DNA from: Bacteriovoracaceae bacterium
GTDB taxonomy: Bacteria > Bdellovibrionota > Bacteriovoracia > Bacteriovoracales > Bacteriovoracaceae
Assembly (NCBI GenBank): GCA_041586955.1
Contig: JBFGZE010000103.1
Coordinates: forward strand, 1-10,070
Length of the DNA stretch: 10,070 nt
Direction of reading: 5' to 3'
Of the stretch, positions 6,641-10,070 are shown one piece after another (positions within the stretch are counted from its first letter, which is position 1; every line of letters begins with the position of its first letter). Below the pieces are notes generated by a model. The model saw nothing but the letters and a program-made list of their open reading frames with translations, was not told the DNA's origin and made no database searches. The position numbers and the translations under genes were made by a program.

Positions 6641-8164
6641 ATGCAAAGTAAAGCTCTTTTTAAAATTCAATACGTACTAATAATTCTTTACGTGATTTTG
6701 AACTTTCTTGGTACTCCTTTAGTCAAGTACCTCTACCTTATAATTTGTTTTTTTGTGTTGGCAGGCCTTATTTCTTCGGGGTTACGTAAAAACATTTATG
6801 CGCTTTTAATATTGGCGTTGATTGAAGGCCAAGGACGAATTTTATGGGGATATAACTCAGTTTCTCGAATTGTATTTGATTGTCTTTTGGTTTTGGGCAT
6901 AACAAAAGATCTGATTAAAGATCGGCGTTTATTTGACCTAAAATTAGTCCCGAAAAGTCTTGTGACGCTTATAATATTACACTTCTGTTGGTTTGGATTG
7001 GAGTTATTTAATCCTAAAGGGGCAGGTATTTTACCAAGCTTTGCCACATCAAAATATTATATTTTCCCCTTTTTCCTTTTCCTTTCATTAGTTATGAATA
7101 AATTTGATATTTATTCTGAAGAATTTCAAAAATTTATTGATTATTATTCAGTAATCGTTTTTTTGATTTGCCTTCTTTGTGTTAAACAAATGATGATGGG
7201 CGCTGATTTTATGCACTCGATCTCACCATATTATTCAAACTTATTTGAGAAATTTAAAGTCTTTGGCGGTAGTAACTTTCGCCCTTGGGGGACTACATAT
7301 GTACCAGGTGGATTTTCGGGGTATATATTTCTATCGGGAGGATTTACAGTACTTAAATTTCTTGCTGATAAAAACCTTAATAAGCAAAAAGTATTCTGTT
7401 ATCTAGCTTTAACGATCTTTTCTTTTTATATTCTCTTTATAGGTCAAGTCCGAGCGTTCTTATTGCGTTACATCCTTTTTGTTATCATTATGGTGATTGC
7501 CTATATTATGATCAAAAAAGTTAAAGTCAGTAAAATCGTATTTGGATTTACGCTTGCTGCGCTAATATCTTTTGTGGGGATTAAATTAGTGTCGACGCTT
7601 GTGGGCGATCAAATTGATACAAAAACTAGCTTAAATCGTTTAATAGAATTAGAAAATGAAGGGATTTTGGCGCAACGAATGGGTATTGCTCGCCTTTATG
7701 AAACTTTGGAGAGAAGAGTTCAGCTGCCATTTGGGGTCGGCCCTGGAATGACATCTAATTTTCTACCCCAGTTTGCGGAAGCGAGACGTGCACATATCGG
7801 TCTTGAGCAAGGATACTTTTGGGGAAATGATAATTTAATTTATCTTGTTATTTTCGAATTAGGAATTGGAGGATTTGTTTATGTTTTGATCCTTATCCTC
7901 AATATACTGATTCAATTTTCGGGGATTATTTATTGCGCTAAAAAAGGTGAAACCAGGTCAGCTTTGATTATGTCAGGTGCTTTTGCGATGGTTCTAATTA
8001 ACTTTTTGGGAAGTTATGGGTCTTCGTCGCTTCTTTTTAATCCTGAGTCCTTCTATTATTGGTTTTGGTCGGCCATTGGTCTGATTGTTTATAATGAGGC
8101 AGGTGGTAAGATTGTCATCGATGAAGAGAAGAAGGATTTACGCTACGATAGCCCTGCAACTTAA
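6641..8164 (+). CDS. Polytopic membrane protein, Wzy polymerase / O-antigen ligase-like
   Basis: 507 aa with about 12 hydrophobic segments. Loop motif RPWGTT, GQVRA, a large soluble loop followed by PFGVGPG and DNLIYLVIFELGIGG, and terminal YYWFWSAIG. Context of wzx and a glycosyltransferase. Confidence 0.72.
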   Translation: MQSKALFKIQYVLIILYVILNFLGTPLVKYLYLIICFFVLAGLISSGLRKNIYALLILALIEGQGRILWGYNSVSRIVFDCLLVLGITKDLIKDRRLFDLKLVPKSLVTLIILHFCWFGLELFNPKGAGILPSFATSKYYIFPFFLFLSLVMNKFDIYSEEFQKFIDYYSVIVFLICLLCVKQMMMGADFMHSISPYYSNLFEKFKVFGGSNFRPWGTTYVPGGFSGYIFLSGGFTVLKFLADKNLNKQKVFCYLALTIFSFYILFIGQVRAFLLRYILFVIIMVIAYIMIKKVKVSKIVFGFTLAALISFVGIKLVSTLVGDQIDTKTSLNRLIELENEGILAQRMGIARLYETLERRVQLPFGVGPGMTSNFLPQFAEARRAHIGLEQGYFWGNDNLIYLVIFELGIGGFVYVLILILNILIQFSGIIYCAKKGETRSALIMSGAFAMVLINFLGSYGSSSLLFNPESFYYWFWSAIGLIVYNEAGGKIVIDEEKKDLRYDSPAT

Positions 8165-8197
8165 AGAATGTTCTTAGGTTTCGGGTGAACTTTAAAG

Positions 8198-8875
8198 TTA
8201 GATCTTTTTAATTATTGATATGTAGTTATCTGAGTACCTTTTTCCCGTAAGGAAAGGGAAAATGGATTTCCATCTGAGTTTTGTACCTGGGATGCGACCG
8301 TTTGGTATATATATTTGATCAATGAGGTCGAGTGATTCAATTTCTTTTGCCATTAGTTTTAATTCGAATGATGAGACAGAGGTAATATGCGCGGGATAAG
8401 ATCTTGGGCCGAATGCGGAGTGATAGCCACGCAAAGCAAAAGATAATAAACTGGTAAAGCTTTCAGTATTTGGGGTTGTTATAATGAGATGCCCATTCGG
8501 TTTAAGTAATTTACTCAGTGATCGAATAAAATGACGAGGATTCTCTAAATGTTCAATTACCTCGATGGCAGTAATAATATCGTACTTCTCAAAATCATCT
8601 GTGGCAAAATCGTTTAGGTCTAATTTAAGCCACTTTCCTATTTTGGAAATAGATTCCTGGTAATCGAATAAATCAGTTCCACTTAATAAAAACTGACTAA
8701 AATTATCTTTAACTAAATTTAAAAAAGCACCCTTTCCACAACCGATGTCAAGTAATGTCTTTGTTTCATGTGAATTAAGCTTTTTAAGTACTGTAATTAC
8801 GTTACTGTATATATCGTTATCGGACGACCCAGCCGCTTGTAATAAGGCGTACTCTTTATGTTTAGAATTCTCCAT
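8198..8875 (-). CDS. Class I SAM-dependent methyltransferase (225 aa; start revised to ATG 8875)
   Basis: LLDIGCGKG, YDIITAIEVIEHLENP, LKPNGHLIITTPN. The first 60 aa of the 285-aa track ORF would overlap the divergent glycosyltransferase gene and the intergenic promoter region, so MENSKHKE... is the likelier start. Confidence 0.88.
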   Translation of the reverse strand: MENSKHKEYALLQAAGSSDNDIYSNVITVLKKLNSHETKTLLDIGCGKGAFLNLVKDNFSQFLLSGTDLFDYQESISKIGKWLKLDLNDFATDDFEKYDIITAIEVIEHLENPRHFIRSLSKLLKPNGHLIITTPNTESFTSLLSFALRGYHSAFGPRSYPAHITSVSSFELKLMAKEIESLDLIDQIYIPNGRIPGTKLRWKSIFPFLTGKRYSDNYISIIKKI

Positions 8876-8882
8876 AAATAAT

Positions 8883-8911
8883 ATTATATAGGAGAACTCT
8901 AAACAGGTGAA
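8883..8911 (-). promoter_or_regulatory. Putative sigma70 promoter giving a leaderless or near-leaderless mRNA for the minus-strand methyltransferase
   Basis: On the minus strand: TTCACC (8911-8906), 17 nt, TATAAT (8888-8883), 7 nt, ATG (8875). No SD in between. Confidence 0.55.
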
Positions 8912-8971
8912 GCTAATCGTAAATTTATGCCCATAAGACATCGATCTCTTAGAGTACGCTAAAATAATCTT

Positions 8972-10070
8972 ATGATAAAAAAGATCGTTTATATATGTCC
9001 TAACGGATATATTGGTGGAGCAGAAAGGTTTGTTATAGACGTTTGTACTTCTCATGTCTCTAATAATACGTGGGATCCTACCATTATATTTTATGAAAAG
9101 GGAGCTGCTGTCGAGCAGGCCAAGGCCAGAGGTGTAAAAACTATCGTTTTATCTAATAAGTTTCGTCTTAAAAATATCCTTAGCGTGATTAAGGTTAATT
9201 TAGAATTACGAAAAAATATTAAATTAATTTCACCATCAATAATTCATTATACAATGCCGTACTCTGTCGTTTCGGCCTATTTTTCTTCAATAGGGCTTGG
9301 TATTAAAAGGGTGTGGTTTCAACATGGACCTCTTTGTTTACCATTAGATAAAATGGCCGCGCTTTTACCGATGTCTAGAATTTTTTTTAACACGCCCTAC
9401 TTTATGAGCGTGCATGAAAAGTTAAAAACGGTTACACCAAAAAAGAAATGGCGAATACTAAATTATGGTATTCCGTTTATCAAGAAAACCTCTGATAAAA
9501 AAATCGAACTGGATATCGCCCAAGAAAAAATTGTAATAGGAATGGCCGGACGGATAACTTCGTGGAAGGGGTTTCATACTTTTGTCGATGCTATTAACTT
9601 GCTAAAAAATAATATTAGTGACGAGGAATTTAGGAAGTGTGAATTTCTCGTTATTGGCGATGCCAATAATAAAGCTGATCAGCAATATTTAAAAAAAATA
9701 AAGAGTACATCCGGCGGAGTCATAAAATTTATACCCGCCAAAGAAAATATCCGAGATTATTTTTATGCGATGGATATCGTCATTCATGCGTCAACAATCC
9801 CGGAGCCATTTGGTCTCGTTGTGGCCGAAGCAATGCTGACAAAGGCCCTCATTATTGGGTCAAACTTTGGTGGGGTTGCGGATATATTAAAGCATGGGGA
9901 GACAGGATATTCATTTTCTTCTGCTGGTCATGATGCTGCGTCGAATTTGTCGGGCCTTTTAAAAAATATTATTCAAAATTGGGAGTCTAATCAATCGGAA
10001 TACAAAAAGATATCTCAAGCAGGGTATGATTTAATTTCCACAGAGTACAATATTGAGAAGCTCAATCTAG
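8972..10070 (+). CDS. Glycosyltransferase family 4 (GT-B fold), 3'-truncated by window edge
   Basis: Hand translation is open from ATG 8972 to the end: MIKKIVYICPNGYIGGAERFVID...WFQHG...IGMAGRITSWKGFHTFVDA...DIVIHASTIPEPFGLVVAEAM...GGVADILKHGETG. It carries the GGAE and E-X7-E motifs. Absent from the ORF track because no stop lies in the window. Confidence 0.95.
   Translation, partial: MIKKIVYICPNGYIGGAERFVIDVCTSHVSNNTWDPTIIFYEKGAAVEQAKARGVKTIVLSNKFRLKNILSVIKVNLELRKNIKLISPSIIHYTMPYSVVSAYFSSIGLGIKRVWFQHGPLCLPLDKMAALLPMSRIFFNTPYFMSVHEKLKTVTPKKKWRILNYGIPFIKKTSDKKIELDIAQEKIVIGMAGRITSWKGFHTFVDAINLLKNNISDEEFRKCEFLVIGDANNKADQQYLKKIKSTSGGVIKFIPAKENIRDYFYAMDIVIHASTIPEPFGLVVAEAMLTKALIIGSNFGGVADILKHGETGYSFSSAGHDAASNLSGLLKNIIQNWESNQSEYKKISQAGYDLISTEYNIEKLNL

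Noticed and set aside
6796..7047. 83-aa ORF on -
   Set aside because: Antisense shadow of the wzy-like gene with no recognisable features.
8188..8199. Palindrome AACTTTAAAGTT between convergent genes
   Set aside because: AT-rich, loopless and plausible by chance, so not a credible terminator.
8876..9055. 60-aa N-terminal extension of the minus-strand methyltransferase
   Set aside because: It overlaps the GT4 gene start and the divergent promoter region, and ATG 8875 has a well-spaced promoter.

Overview
AT-rich bacterial window, standard genetic code. From left to right it holds the 3' part of a long TPR-repeat gene, a promoter-driven tandem pair of tRNA-Ser genes (TGA, GCT), and a loosely organised, strand-alternating surface-polysaccharide locus. 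That locus has a Wzx-type flippase, a Cys-cluster SAM methyltransferase, a Wzy/O-antigen-ligase-like membrane protein, a second SAM methyltransferase and a GT4 glycosyltransferase that runs off the right edge and is missing from the ORF track. The most unusual element sits in the middle: a 402-aa protein-L-isoaspartyl methyltransferase (PIMT) homologue with an extra ~160-aa C-terminal domain carrying WxxxGxP. This is the architecture of RiPP-tailoring, aspartimide-forming PIMTs, but no RiPP cyclase is present in the window. It is preceded by a 531-bp intergenic region with small ORFs and several hairpins. No convincing precursor peptide could be identified by eye.
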